A stretch of 64,000 nt of DNA from positions 62,001 to 126,000 of the forward strand of contig NW_020844500.1 of NCBI RefSeq assembly GCF_003704095.1, written 5' to 3'. Below are positions 1 through 15,000 of the stretch, piece by piece. Under the pieces are notes generated by a model. The model ran no database searches. It was given only the letters and a program-made list of their open reading frames with translations, and was not told the DNA's origin. The position numbers and the translations under genes are program-made. Origin of the DNA: Pocillopora damicornis. Taxonomy: Eukaryota. Position 1 is the stretch's first letter. Every line of letters starts with the position of its first letter.

Positions 1-3000
1 GTTTGACACCTCTAATGATTGCTTGTAAGCATGGACGAGAAGAGAATGTGAAAGAGCTGTTAGCAAGTGACAATCAGGCTGATGGTGATGGTGATGGTGA
101 TGATGAAGAAGAATCTGGAGCAGTTGTGGCACCTAGGATTGCAATTGATATCAAGAACAAACACACTGTGGCTGCAATCCACTATGCTGCTAAGCATGGG
201 CACTTGGTAAGTGCTGTTGACAATGGGGGTCAGACCTTAGAGTAGAGGGTATGGTCAGTAAATTGTAATGTGCATAATTACACAGTTATATGATCACTGG
301 GTTCCCTTTAACTTCCAAGATCTCGCTAATAATTATCCCTATAGTTTCTTTCATACAATTCTTATGATTTTAGTTTGGAGATTTTGGTATTGGATCAACT
401 AATAATTTCTTAACTGATACTTTTCTTTATTCTCATCACTTGTCTGCTAGATATTGTATTGATATTGAAAGGAGATATTCTATCTTGGTCATGCATAGGA
501 GTTAAGGTCTAAGCAGAGTTCATTGGTCATGTTCTTATCAGTGAGTATGGTGACCAGGAAAAATTGTTTTCTTGACGCAGGACATAGTCAAGTTGGTTGT
601 TACTGCAGGTGGCAATGTTGACCTTCAGACTGGTGCAGCAAGAGGAAACATGTCACCACTGATGCTGGCTGCTGCTAGAGGACATCTAGATACTGTAAAA
701 GAACTTGTTAAACTCAAAGCTTCACCTGATAAAAGAGGTTAAGCAAAACATTAGATTATAGCTTTGAATTCAATTAATAAAGGGAAATTTTGGCATGATC
801 CAGTGTTGGAGCAGCCTAACACTGTAAATGCATTTGTATGGGTAGGGAACACTGGTTTTCCTTTAACATTTTTTGAATACAATGTATGTACTCCCCTCTC
901 CCTCTTCTTAGCATCTTTTTCAAAGAAACCATATTTAAACTGTTAAATTTGGAAAGCAATTCTTTTTTTGCTCTGTTTAATGTGAAATTTAATATGTACA
1001 ATCTGGGCAAGAAATTTATTAACAACATTATTAAGGTGATGATTCATACTGCATTGTTTTTAATAAACTGATTATTATTATTATTATTATTATAAATCGA
1101 AACAGGAAAGTGGAAGAAGACACCCCTTATGTATGCTGTAAAGAATGGCCACTCCCCAGTTGCAGCATATCTCCTGAGGCTTGGTGTTGATCCATGTGCT
1201 GCAGACACATCTGGGAATACTCCAGTGCACTACGCAGCAGCTTATGGCTGGCTACATTGCTTAAAGATGCTGATACAAGCTGGAGGGGATCCTAATGCAG
1301 CCAACCAGTGGAAGGCATGTACTTTGTAGATTTCAGATTGAATACTTTGTATCTGCTTAGATCTTTTCCATTCTTACACCTAGATATAGAGTTCAGAAAT
1401 ATTTCCTCATCTTTTGTGAATTCTTTTTCTAGGTCACTCCTTTGGCTATAGCACTCATGAAAGATCAAATCCCTTGTGCTGATTATCTCCTCAGTTTGGA
1501 AAATGTGGATGTAAATTTTCCCGATGACTGTGGCCGAACATTACTCTGTCAAAAGCTCAACTGTTCAACCCTCAATGAGACCTTGTTACAGATGGTGACA
1601 TTTCTTGTTGACAAGAAAGGAGCTGATGTCAACAAAGCTGATATTGAACAATGCTCACCTGTAGGTTCCTCCTGTGTTTCCATGCAACCCCATTGTGTGC
1701 CCTTTTGTAATTATGATGGGAACTGAATTTAAATAATCTCTTTAACTCTTATTTTTACAGCTTCATTATTTGGCTGCTAACTCCATTTTTCAAAGTGGAA
1801 ATTGGGTGAGTATGATTCTTTGACACTTGGGAAAACAATACTATTCATTGTCTCCTACATGCCTGAACTGTTTTTTTCAGGCCTTATTTTCACTACTAAC
1901 TGCTTAAGTAGAGTTCATTACTGTGAAGATCGCTTTCATATTCATTTCTTAAACTGCAGTTCACATAATTATATAATTTTGATATATTCACAGTCTCTAT
2001 TTGTTGTGCCATCAAGGGAAATGGTTTATTATTTCTGTGAGTTTTTTCTCTACAGCTCAAATTACAAGCAAGATGTGTTCATTAACATCACCACATTTAG
2101 AGGAAAAAAATTACTTACTATATATATATGTTAACCAAACTTTGACTCCCTCTCCCTAGATAAGATTTTCTCTATTTTTTTTCTTCTCAAAAGGATGGGG
2201 ACTTGGGATACACCAAACCACCACTACTGAAGATGAATCTTGCTGATGTTTCATGCAAGCTTGCTAAGCTCTTTGTGTCAGCTGGAGCAGATCTGAATGC
2301 TCTCAACAAAGAGGGGCAAACACCACTTATGGTTGCTGTCTTGCAGGTTTATACAAGTTTTGTTTTGTGATATATTGCAGCAGAGCTTTCTCTTCCTGAT
2401 AACTGCTGATCCACCCTTAAGCTTAAACCCTTTGTGTTTCATACTTTTCCGTCGTAGCATGGAGTTAACATGGCTGAGAGGCTGAAGAGTTGCCAATTTT
2501 CCAAACCCTTAAACCCTGCCACCTGCTAACGATTTGCTCCTCACTGCTCTGAGTTAAATTTCTTAGCTTTGTTCTTCTCTAAGATGTGCTCTGATCTGTA
2601 ATTAAACTACTCATAAGCCCCCTGCTAGCTAGGAATTTTTACAACGCTGGGAGGGGGGGTATAGGCGATAAATAATCTATAATTATTAATTAAACAGGTG
2701 TATACTCACATTGATAATGTCTAATATATCTCTGCAAAAATCAACTTCTAAATACAGAGAACTGCGCCATTAGCGCGATTTAAGAAAACTGACTTTAAAA
2801 GTGATTGTGCGTAAAAGAAACTGGCTTTAAATACAAGTGGACTGCAAAATAACATGCAGCATGAGAAACGTGAAAAAAGAAGAGAAAGAAGGAAGATGCT
2901 AACAAACTTAACAAAAAACACCATCAAGGAGGTATGAAAAAAGAGAATAAAATAAATAAAGACGAATTACACAAAAAATAACTAGCAAGTGCTTAGATCT

Positions 3001-6000
3001 TACAGCTATGAAGGAAAACATTGCTGACAAGAAATCTCACCAAAGAAGTAAGTTCTTGTATTCACCAGCTCTTGCATTGTATCTGGGTTTTTTTTTTCAT
3101 TTCTTCAGAACAATTTCCCTCTGATTGAGACATTGTTAGAATTAGGAGCTGATGGTTCGGTGGGAAAAACTAACACGAATGGTTCTCAAGTGCTGCATTT
3201 GCAAGCAGAAAAGGCTGATGATATCGACCTATCAGAGCTGTACCCAGATGCCACAGTTGTAAGTATAGTTTGTACAATGATGCAAGTGAGGGATTTGCAT
3301 TTTGGAGCTTACGACATTTGATTATTTTTTTGTGCAACCGGTTGACATGCGCAGTAATTTACTCCTCAATTTACGCTTTAATATCTGCAAAATGGTTGTT
3401 TATTGTCATTAAAATTCCCCTATTATTTAACCTTACCTTAATTTAACATCTAGAAATAAGGTTAATATTGCATTGCATGCCGCAGTTATACTTTTAAATG
3501 TTTGCCATTTGTGCCAGAAAAGTATAAACTATTTTAATTTGGTTTGTGTTACTTACCCAAAACACTTTATTTTCACATTGCTTCTCTTCACCCAGCAATA
3601 TATATGTCAGGGAAGCCTGTCGAGTTATTTTTTTTTGTCTTTTTATGGACCAAGAAAAAGTCGAGGTCCGTAAATGCAAGAAAGAATGACTTGTTTTGTT
3701 TGAGGGACAGGAATGAAAGCCAACTGTTTTTGAAGCAAGCAACCTCAGCGGGTAAGGTGGGCTCAATTGGCCAATCGGAATGCAAGACTCGCTTCATACT
3801 ACCCATGGGCGCTGCCAGCAATATAATAATCTTATCCTCTTTATGCCATAGAAACTGCGAGAAGCTGTGGCTGGATGAGCCACTTGAGTACAGAATTTAC
3901 CTTGCAGATGTCTGATAATGAAAAGTCTAAATAGAGAGGCTTTTTCTCAGTCTAATATTTAAATTATTCAAGGTGCATGGGATGGTCTAACTTATAATGG
4001 AAAGAGAAGTTTGTCTGGATCTCTTTCTACTCTGTTGTCTTCCACAGACTTTATCTGGTAACAAATGGGAGCAGCGGGAACAGCTACAGAAGCATTGGAA
4101 ATCGTTAGTCATGAGAGCAAGCAATGAAATGATTGAGAAATTAATTGCTGGAGGTGCAGAAGTAAATTGCATCAGATCAGATGGACTCACGCCCCTTATG
4201 GTTGCGCTTTCAGAGGTACATATTTCATATCTTGTGCAAAACAACATTTCCTTTTTTGGTTTGCTCTGTTGAGCTTTTAATTTGGAGGTCACGAGAATAT
4301 TTCTAAGATTTAAAATGCTTCATTTCTGTAATCTTATCTTTCACTTGAAATGAAGGTAGTCGACCACGTTTGGATTATAGAAAGCCAATCGTGGTTTTTT
4401 TAGGTTATTGCAATTTTTTTTTCTGTCAACTACGGGGTTTGTTTTGTGATAGAATTTAATTGTGTTTGTTCAGAGGAAATAAGTTGGAGGGGATCCTGAA
4501 GGTAGTCAACCACATTTGGAGTATAGAAAGCCAGTCGTGGTTTTTTTAGGTTATTGCAATATTTTGTTCTTTTTTTTTCTGTCAACTACGGGGTTTGTTT
4601 TGTGATAGAATTTAAGTGTGTTTTTTCAGAGGAAATAAATACCTTTTTTCATCTGTATTGGTTTCAGTCTCCTTCCCCTTCTCTTAGAATTTCCAATGAC
4701 CCTTTTTGGCAGGGGCATAGAATGCATTAAAGTGTAGCACTTGAAAAAACCTTTAACAAGATATGTAAAATCTTGAGCTAGTAGTTTACTACTCTTCCAG
4801 TCATATATGGATCAGTTCTCAATGCTTCTGGATCATGAGGCAGATCCCAGCATAGGACTGGAGACGACTGGGAGAAACGTCATGCATATGTTAGCCTCCG
4901 AATGCAGTGAGCATGACATGAGGACTTACATGAAGACAATCCTGAGGAAGGTATTGAAAGCATAGAGTTTATTTGTTTCATATACTTTCAATAACTAACT
5001 GCCGTATATACTCCGGATAATCAAAAACATGAATACCAAAGAGCCAAAAATAAAACAGAATGGCCTAAAAAAGAAGACGTAGCACAATTATTTATTAAAT
5101 AGACCTAAAATACTGTTGAAGCGTGCGCGTCGCCTGATCCTGCATTAGTTGAATTGCATCAAAATTGTTTTGTCCTAAAACATTTAACAGCTTCAAAAAG
5201 CAGAACAGATTGAATTCAACAAGAGTTTCATCACATGTGCTTCGGTCTCGAATGTGATTTATTAATATTCCTGAAAAAAAAAAATGGGACCAGAGAAGCA
5301 AGTCCGGATAATCGAAAAGTCCGGATGATCGAGGTTTGACGTTATATGGATCTTAGCTAGCTACCGAGAGCCCAAATTTCAAATAAGTAAAATCAGCCTA
5401 ACTAACACAAAAATAGATTGAGAACGCTCTGAATGTTTAAATTAAGGACTCTAGAAAGTTTTGGTATTTTAGGAAAAAGGAAAATTAACTACGCAGAGGG
5501 TTTTCACTGGTACTCAAATCAAGAGCGGATGCCGCTGAAAAGGACTCAGTTTATTCCACACGCGAAAATAAGCCACCTATCTTAACACGAGCCCCACTTA
5601 AAATAGCTTAACTTTGATGATAAGTGAAGGCCAGGAAATGTTTCTCTTTGGACCTTCGCTCCAAAACCTGTTTGAATCTATATCTACATGATTCCTCTAC
5701 AATATGCTAACCATGCTTGTTACGGCACTCTTCTTTGTTACTAAGGTGCAATGCTCTACTAATTTCATATTAAGTGCCTTTTTATATTTTAAAAAAAATT
5801 ATTTCCTTTACTGCGTCATGGATTATTCTGACTTAACCATCAAATTCGTACTTAGACCCGTCCAGAAAACCTTAATCAGATGGCCAATGCGGTTGATAAC
5901 AATGGCTTCACACCTCTCCTTCAAGCTTGTGAGACAGTAGCTTCATCTCCACCCAGTAAGGTAACGGACCGATTCCTTTCAGGGATCTGCTGTTCATTCA

Positions 6001-9000
6001 GACCTTTTTTTATTGATTTCTCATCATCAAACGAAAGAACAGATAACAATAGAATTGTATATTAGGTATTTAATGAAATTTTGTTTTTCATAATGCGTAA
6101 CACGTGGAATGTTGTTACGATTATCTTTTCGAGGGACAAATAAGTCAGGTCACCTTTATGCTCTTAGCAAATCTTGCACTTTTTTATTTACTTTAGAGTT
6201 TTTTATTTTTTTCCTTCCCTTAGGAAAGAATTGAATTTGTAAAGGAATTTCTCAAGGTAACAGTTGGTGGTTTGCTTAAATTTGTTTTTTCTTCGCTCGT
6301 TTGGTTCTCGTTTTGTTTGTTCGTTTTTCCTTACATTCAAAGTACCACTGTTGACTACCACTGCAGCTATGCGTTAACAATGTATGTTACAGTGCACATA
6401 TCTGACTGTTTTGTTCATCTTGATAAACAGACTCTGATTGACAAGTTTGGCTGTAACGTTAAAGCAAGAGTGGGAAAGATAAACAAAGCCTCAGATGTAA
6501 GTGAACATGAACATTAAGTTTTTTTTTTCGTTTACTTATCTTAACGTGTGTGAGACTTGGGATACGACAAAGGATTGCAAACCCTTTAAAAGCCAGTTTT
6601 AGAGAATTGCCTGAAAAATTTACTACAGTCTGTGTTTGGTCCAGAAGTCTCGTGCCATCTTCCCACACGAACAGGTGCCGTGCATTACGGGCGATGTGGT
6701 CCCCTCCCATTTTTTCTGTACTTGCGATTGGTCACATGTATATTTAAGTCGCGTTCTCATCGGATCCTTGTGTTATTTTCTGTTGTTATGATTTAAAGCT
6801 GTTGTCACTCTGGTTCTTTTCCCACAACACTCATTTGAAACGCCTTCTGTCACTATTCGCTGTTTTTTTTAGGCACACTTGAGGGATCCTGAAACATTTG
6901 GTTTGAAAAAAGACCAAGGTAAACAAGTGGAGTCGGAAAGAAAGCCTAGCTCGTGGAGCGATGATGACAGTAACACTGTTATGGACCATGACGATGATAA
7001 CAGTGTTGATTTCAGTGACGATATTGATGTCGATGAAAGTGACATTGATGGAAATCATTTTCCTTCGGATGGTGAAAAAGACGTCAATCCTAACGGTATA
7101 TTATATAACGATTTGGCCATTCCAAATTTGTTTCAATATGTCTATCAACAGATTTTCATGATTTATGTAAGAAATAAATGTTTTGAACACAGATGAACAC
7201 TTTCTGTTTCTTTCAAAGCTGTCAGAGGTGAAAGAGATCACATCTCCTACATACGTGTTTAATTTTTGCAGCGTCTAAAGAACCCATTAACTAATATGTT
7301 TATATGTTTTATGCGAGATATTTCATTTTGCATATGTTTCATATGCCCAAAATTTAACCGCCGAATATTACCAACCAATCCTCTTTTTTCTACAATCTGT
7401 TTTTTTTTCTTTATTTTGATTTCAATGATTCATAGTTTTATTTTTCTTTTCTACAGAAAAAGACTCTGCAGAAGATTATGGTGTAACAGGTTGGTAATCA
7501 CCCAAGGAACATTTATTTTATTGAACTACCTCAAACTCAAATCACTTCAACAAGAATCAACGTTGATTTATATTTTAGGCTTTTTTGTGCGATATGCAAA
7601 GTTACTTTCATCTTAAGTGAAATTACAAAATATCAGTTGTTTAATAAGGAAAAAGTGTAGGATGGGAAGGGTAAACTAAAATGAAAACAGAATGGACGGA
7701 GAACAAGATTTGAAAGGTTGTGGTGTTTTTAGAGAAGTAGAGACTGCAACTCGCCTCTTGAAATAAATAATCACCGACAAATGAGCTAAGCTAATCTCTC
7801 TGTTTTCAGGACTCTTCTCCTGCCTTCACTTTCTCGTTTATGAAAGCTGGAATTTCTATTCATTTCTGGAGTTAATTCTTGGATATGTGAAAGGAGACCA
7901 GTCGCTTATCAACTCCTTTGACTGTCATGGGCGCACGCCTCTTCATTTAGCAGTGAAGTGGGGAAATACAGGAGCTGCTAAACTAATGGTACACTTTTGA
8001 ATGTAACACATGATTTATCCGCCTCTTTCTCCCCCTCTCGTCCGTCTAGCTTCCCTCTGGTAACTGGTTCACAAATTAAATATCTGCTGTGCTCTGTAAA
8101 TTACGACGAGCTCCAGCACCCACGACATCAAAGATACATTTTGAGGCGGGGAACTAGCTTACCTCTTTACGTTTCACTGTGTGTAACAATTTAACATGGT
8201 GATATGCTAATGAGTCATACTGTATAGTTTTCGCTCCGGAGTGTCTCATGGATGACACAGAAACACCCATACACCTTCCATCTCTCACACTTTCTCGTGC
8301 GTATAGATCGAAAACAACGATCCTAAGGCGTCTCGTCTCCTTATCAAAGTCTTTACACTTGGTCTCGTATGAAATATAGGTTATGGGCATCTTGGAAATG
8401 ACCTTTAACAATTTGCCTACGTGAGAAGATTGCCCTGTTGGTGATATTTTTCTAACTTTAATCCAGATTGAGTATGGTGCTGATGTAAACATAAAATCGC
8501 TGAATGTAAAAGAAGATGGACTTTCGACGTCTTTGGTTCTGGCTGCAAGGTAAAGACAATGGTGATCTTTCATGTATGTCACAAATCGGTCTTGGCGTAG
8601 AAATTCCTTTCTTCCTATTACCCTAATTATGAATAAGAAGAAGGAAACCTCACACATTTATCCATAAAAACGATTTGTTTTGAAGCATCCGAAATAATCA
8701 TGAAATGAATCATGAAGTATTGGTTTGTGTGATATGTGATAACACTTCTATTTTTTTAGGCCAGCAAACGTATCTCTCGTCATCCTTCAAGCCTTGTTAG
8801 ATGCTAAAGCAGATCCTAATGTTGTTGATGACACCGGACGTACTGCTTTGTCATGGGCAGTCACCAACCAACCTGGTGAGTACGTTTGTTTCTACTTATT
8901 TTAATCAGGTAATCAATCGATCGATTTATCATTTAACAAATCAATCAGTCCATCCATCAATCAACCTATCAATTAACTTATAAACCAACAATCGATCGAT

Positions 9001-12000
9001 CGATCTATCTAAATTTATCTAAATTACGAGACCATTTAAGAATTGTCAGACATATTGAATCCCTCTTAAAAAAAGTGTAATTGTTAATAATTGTCGTGCT
9101 GTTCCATCCCGATTTTCGTCACAGACACCAACTCTACGCCTCTAAAGCTTTGCAAAGCATTGCTTGAAGCTGGCGCTGAAGTGAACACCGAAGACACCAA
9201 GAAGCGCTCTCCTCTTCATTACTCAGTCAACTGCACCACTGGAGGCTTTGAGACACTCACGGAGGTGGAGGACTTGCTGATCAAGTACGGAGCTAACACG
9301 GTGGCGCTAGATTTACATGAAAGGATTCCTCTTCATTATGGGTTTGTGAAAATGGGCAACAGGTGAGCTGACTAGAGAATGAAGGGTTGTAAGCTTGTTC
9401 CAACCTACAATGGAGGTTAAATGTCTCGGGACAATTAACGCGATACTACTAAATTTTTAATAAATTATACTTCTCCCCAAACAATGTTGAATTTTGTGCA
9501 CTTTGTAAACTTTACCAAGACGTGGTGATTGTTTTGTTTTATTTGTAAACTTTATCAAGACCCACGGCTACGTAGACTCTTTTTGTTTTATATGACAAAA
9601 AAGCAAAATGCTGTGAACGGTGATGTCATCTATGTGTTCAGTCCTCCAATAGTTCAATATTCTTCGCGTTCCAAAACCAAACTTTTCATGGTCACTAAAT
9701 GGCGTGCCATGGGTAATGTCCTTTGTTAGCTATTGAAGTGCACCTTCTTTAACCAAACATTAAAACAGTGTAATTTAGTATTATCAACCGAGTCGATAAT
9801 GTAAATTGGCCGCCGTAAAGGATTTCGTTTCGACGTTACGAGCGTTAGCCCTTCGTTTTTCCGCTCTGATGAAGAGCGAACGCTTGAAGCGTCAGTTTTT
9901 AAACTCTTTTTATGGTGGCAAATTTACGTTATCAACTCAGTTGATAATACCAATTACCCTGTTGAGCATGAAACCGTTCTGTATGAATGTATTGAATTTT
10001 TTCTCTTTTTTTTTTCGGTTTTCACAGGCACACTGATTATAGTATGTCCGATCCAATATCTATCGTGAGCCTGCTGTGTGAGGCAATGGCTGAACAGGGA
10101 AAGGATGTCAAGGCGCAAGTGAATCATCGCGATAAGTTTGGGCAGACTCCGCTACACAGGGCAGCACTCAGAGGTGCAACGATTTGCGCATTAAATCTAC
10201 TTCAGGTAAAACATCCCCTTGAAATTTGTAAGCACTACAATCAAGTTTTTCCGAAAAAAAAATTATGTTGGGGAGGCGGCATTTGGAGAGAAGAAGGTCG
10301 TTTTTTGGGGGGTTTACACATTGTAAATCTTTAGAATCTAACACCGAAGTATCCCTTTGACATTAATCTATAAAAACCAGATTCGGAGACAAATTCTTGA
10401 ATAAGTGTTCAAAGTTTTGTGTTGTTCTTTTTTTTATGCAAAAATTACACAACATAATTTAAGGCTAACGCTATAATTTTTAGATTCGTTTTTCTTCGAC
10501 CTGCAAACTTACCTCTAGTGCTAGAGAAACTACATATTATTAGTTTAGTCGGATTGAAATATAACAAAATTCGAATAGTACACCAAAAAAGATTAAGTAT
10601 GATTGCGAATGGAGGAGAATGACGCGGAGAGCAGAGAAATTTGTCCAAAATACATAAACCCTGTTATAGCTCCTTATAGGAAAGAATTTTGTTGTCTTTG
10701 TTTTTTCGCTCAATTTTTACCGACCAGTTCACCTTCTCAATCTGTTTGCGCTCGACCGGCTGACCGAGAAAAATAAAGAAAAGCTGGAGACTCTTTTTGA
10801 TTGTTAACACAGATCTAATTTTTCTTGAACAATGTAACAGGATTGGTTGTCCTTGATCATCGATTACACAAATTAACGTTTGCCGTTTGGTTTTTCGTAG
10901 AAAGGAGCATCTCTGGAGATAAAAGACAGCGACGGCAACACTGCTTTGTCGCTGGCTCTGCGCGAGAGTCATGATGGGTAATATGACTAATTCACTTCCT
11001 TAGTATTCGATTGTTATGTGTAAAAGTTCAACGTGAATCCTGTGGGATGTTGTGTTTTGGTCTTTTTCTGGTGAGCGGGGAATGCGGAAGACTTATGAAA
11101 CAGTCAAGTTCGGTGNNNNNNNNNNNNNNNNNNNNNNNNNNNNNNNNNNNNNNNNNNNNNNNNNNNNNNNNNNNNNNNNNNNNNNNNNNNNNNNNNNNNN
11201 NNNNNNNNNNNNNNNNNNNNNNNNNNNNNNNNNNNNNNNNNNNNNNNNNNNNNNNNNNNNNNNNNNNNNNNNNNNNNNNNNNNNNNNNNNNNNNNNNNNN
11301 NNNNNNNNNNNNNNNNNNNNNNNNNNNNNNNNNNNNNNNNNNNNNNNNNNNNNNNNNNNNNNNNNNNNNNNNNNNNNNNNNNNNNNNNNNNNNNNNNNNN
11401 NNNNNNNNNNNNNNNNNNNNNNNNNNNNNNNNNNNNNNNNNNNNNNNNNNNNNNNNNNNNNNNNNNNNNNNNNNNNNNNNNNNNNNNNNNNNNNNNNNNN
11501 NNNNNNNNNNNNNNNNNNNNNNNNNNNNNNNNNNNNNNNNNNNNNNNNNNNAAGCCTAGGACGGTTCGTTTTGAAGGAAAACAAAAATGTACTGTACTTT
11601 TTATTTGTGGGTAATTTTAATTCAATGTCATTACTTAACGGCATGAAAGCTCATTCATCAGGATCCCTCTTTTCTCTTTTAGCTGTGCCATGATGTTTAT
11701 GCAGAGTAACGCACCAGCATCCTGTTCTGTTATAAAGCCTCTTACTCCTCAGGACTGGATAGACTATGAAAAAGAGTGAGTCTTGTCCAGTGAAGTCGCA
11801 GTACAGCGTTAGACGATTCAAACAGAGCAATAGTTAATGCGGAGAAAACTACTTGATACATTCATCCACTGAAATCCACGCCGTTTACCTTTCGCTGCTA
11901 CTATTACAGATCTGCTTTCCAATGCGAGTTAATGTTCTGACAACAAGGGGTATTCTGCGCGATGATGTGGGTTCTCTAACGGGATGATCGTTGAATGATG

Positions 12001-15000
12001 AAGAAGACGACCCTTTTTAAGTCTTTTTTTACTTTCTTATTCTCAGGAAGGAAAAGTGTAAGTGGGTATGGGAAAATGTTGTTGACTTGAAGGAACCCAA
12101 ACCTGACATAAGGACAGCTTTCCGTGTTGTGGTTGACAACAACTGGCAAGGAATCGCTTACTTGATGCTTGAAGTAGCTGGTCTGGACTTTGTGGAAGCT
12201 ATACAGGTAATGACGTGGATTAATAAATCATTACAGAGAAAAATAAAGTTATTGAGCAAAAAACGTAAACTTTTAAAGGTGAAGGAAAAAATTTGGGGAT
12301 TCCATGGGAAGTAGTCTCCATTCGCCGCAAAATTGTCTTTTTCGAGAGGCTACCGAGCATAGTTTCACTCCATAGTGGTAATTGTGCTTAGTGTGCTTCA
12401 AATATTTTCTGCAGTGCGCAGGAGAAAACGCATACAAACAGCTTTCTGTCTAGAGCGTTTACCACCTGGGATGTGAATTCTGGGTGCTCTTTAATGCGAC
12501 TTTGTCGTTGAGCCATTTTAAGTATTGCTTTGACAAACTCAGTTTTGATTATTGAACAAATTTAGCTCCCGATTCAAGCGTGTTTGGGTTTTCTTTTCAG
12601 GCAACGCTGGAATCCAACAAGCTGGACCTTGCGTGGACACTGCTCAGAAAACAGAGAAAAGATGCGTCTCTACAGAAACTTGACAAGAAGGACCGCAACC
12701 TTCTGCATTTGTTGGCTATTCATTCTGCAAAACTGTGGACACAGGTGGTGGAAGAGGTATGTAGACAAAATTGTACACGTCGCCTGAATTGTCAAGAACA
12801 TCTTTATTACTGCACTTGGCGCTTAGTTTTAGATAGAAAATTCAGGTAATTTGATTTTCTTATCCCTGCATCCCGCCTTCTTCACGACCCATAAGGCTGC
12901 CGCCCTTTCCCTTTGAAGCTTGAGGCATGGCGCATGGTAAATTTCTCGTAAACACTTCCGGTCGATGTACTTGATATTTATCGAATTTTAATCTTATAAC
13001 TTTAACGACTGAGAGCAGCTACTTACAGTAAGCGTCCTTTTTTCCTCCAGATAGCCAATTATCTTGTTCGAAGGGGAGTCCCTGCTGATGCTGTTGATTC
13101 GCAAGGCGCGACACCTTTGCATTACGCGGCATGTAATCACAACTTGGCCTTCTGCAGGTTTTTGTGGGGTATGGTTGCTTTGTGTTTTTTTGTATATTTC
13201 TTGTGTTATTTGCAAGAAAAACAGTGCAGCATCCGTAGATGTTAAATTTCATGAAAGTAACTTATGAAATAGAATTTAATGTCATTTGCTACAAGTGCAA
13301 GAGAAAAAGCTAAGCTTCGCGAGTGTTTTGAATTCCCGTTGACTATGATAATAATAGACGTTATTTGATGATGAACGTTACCTGTAGGAAACAAGTCGAA
13401 TCCTTGATAAGTGTGTTCTTTCAAACCTATCAGCACTGTATGTTGTACCCAAGTTCTGTCTTGATAACGAATCTTTCGATATCGCAATTACCTATTTTCT
13501 TCTCTTACTTTTCTGACTTAACCGCATGCAATACAGCCAGCTTAATTTGGCTACTTTTATTTCGACAATCTACCTTTGTCAGCCCGTTGCACGGAGATGT
13601 AAGCATCTGACACTGTTCATAATTTGTAGCCTGTGTTGATCAATGTAACCATGTAACATTTACCTTTCAAATGGTTCCTTAAACTCCGTTTCAAATTAAA
13701 AAACTTCTGCAAATTTTGTATTGATAACGGTTTTCGTTGTTGCCTTAATGTACCTTAGAACATTCTCCTTCTTCTGTGGACGTAGCCGACAATGATGGTG
13801 TGACTCCATTTGCCGCCGTGTTCTCCAAAACAGACACTGGAATCATAACACTTGTTGAGTAAGTCCTAATGGAATGTTAGTGTTAACCTAAACATCATGA
13901 CAAACTAAGAGAAAGTACATTCACTTGGAAAAGAGCCAAACGGAGAAGAAGTACTTGTAACTATGCATGATCATGATTTTATGGACATTTTTGTGAATTA
14001 TCTTTGCAAGGTTCTTTGTGAGCCCATCAACGTGTAATGTGAAGAATTTGGATGTGTGTTACAAAGTCAGGGATAACAATGAAGGAGACAGCGGCGACAC
14101 CACAACTCCTTTGATAGAGGCTACAGTGTCACTCAGTGAGAAAGTTGTTGTTGATCTGCTGAGACATGGAGCTTCCGTCAATTTTCCGAAGGTAACTTCC
14201 TTCATGTTTCGTACCTTTTCCTAAAAATAAATGCAGAATAATGCGAGCAACTGTGGCCACCGACTTTTCGTGTATTGAAAAATAAGTGAAAAAGACACTA
14301 TCGTGTAGAAAACGGTGTAGGGTTTTACGAACTTCGTCAGAGCTCGTCTACTGTTCTACGGGTATGCCACGTATATTTCGAGCGAAATATGGTGACCTTG
14401 TCTTAGAATTTGCGAGCCAGCCTGTTTAAGACGCGCGTAATTCGAACTATCACTAACTATCATTCGCCATTTTGAGAACGACAGTTCGTTGTTGTCTGAA
14501 TATCAATTCAAATAACTCTCGTAGAAATTTCTTTATTCGGAAACGAAAGTTCTATAGGTCTTCGTGCACAGCAATCATTCCCCTGGAATAAAATTCATTT
14601 CTTTTTCCAAACTTTAATTTTACTGATCGCGCGTCAAAGCCATGCAGCACAGATGAAAGCGAGAAATGATGTCATGAGAGGTCGTCTAGGTTTTAGAAAG
14701 CGTTATTCTTTCTTTTTTTGGATAAGAAGCAGTTTCGCGTTTAAAGTTAATTGACTGACGACACTAATTCACGCCATTGTTTCTATTTCAGCACAATGGT
14801 CGCACAGCAGTCATGGAAGCCGTACGTAACAACACGGTTGACATGGTGAAAGTACTGATGTTTGGCACAGATGACAGGACCATTTGGGCAACAAAAGAGA
14901 CAACTGATGTTGATCTCGCGTTACAAGATGAAGACGGGAAGTCTGTTATACATCATTGTGTCAACAACAGAAAGGTAATGCAGATCTTGTGACTAACTTA

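Noticed and set aside
8154-8657. 167-aa minus-strand ORF
   Set aside because: It is antisense to a PARP exon and intron, has no recognisable motif and no supporting splice pattern.
11011-11693. Long ORFs spanning X runs (also at 24193-24580, 54703-54988, 60038-60241)
   Set aside because: Artefacts of N gaps. The PARP exons either side of gap 11116-11551 join in phase (gg|c), so no missing exon is required.
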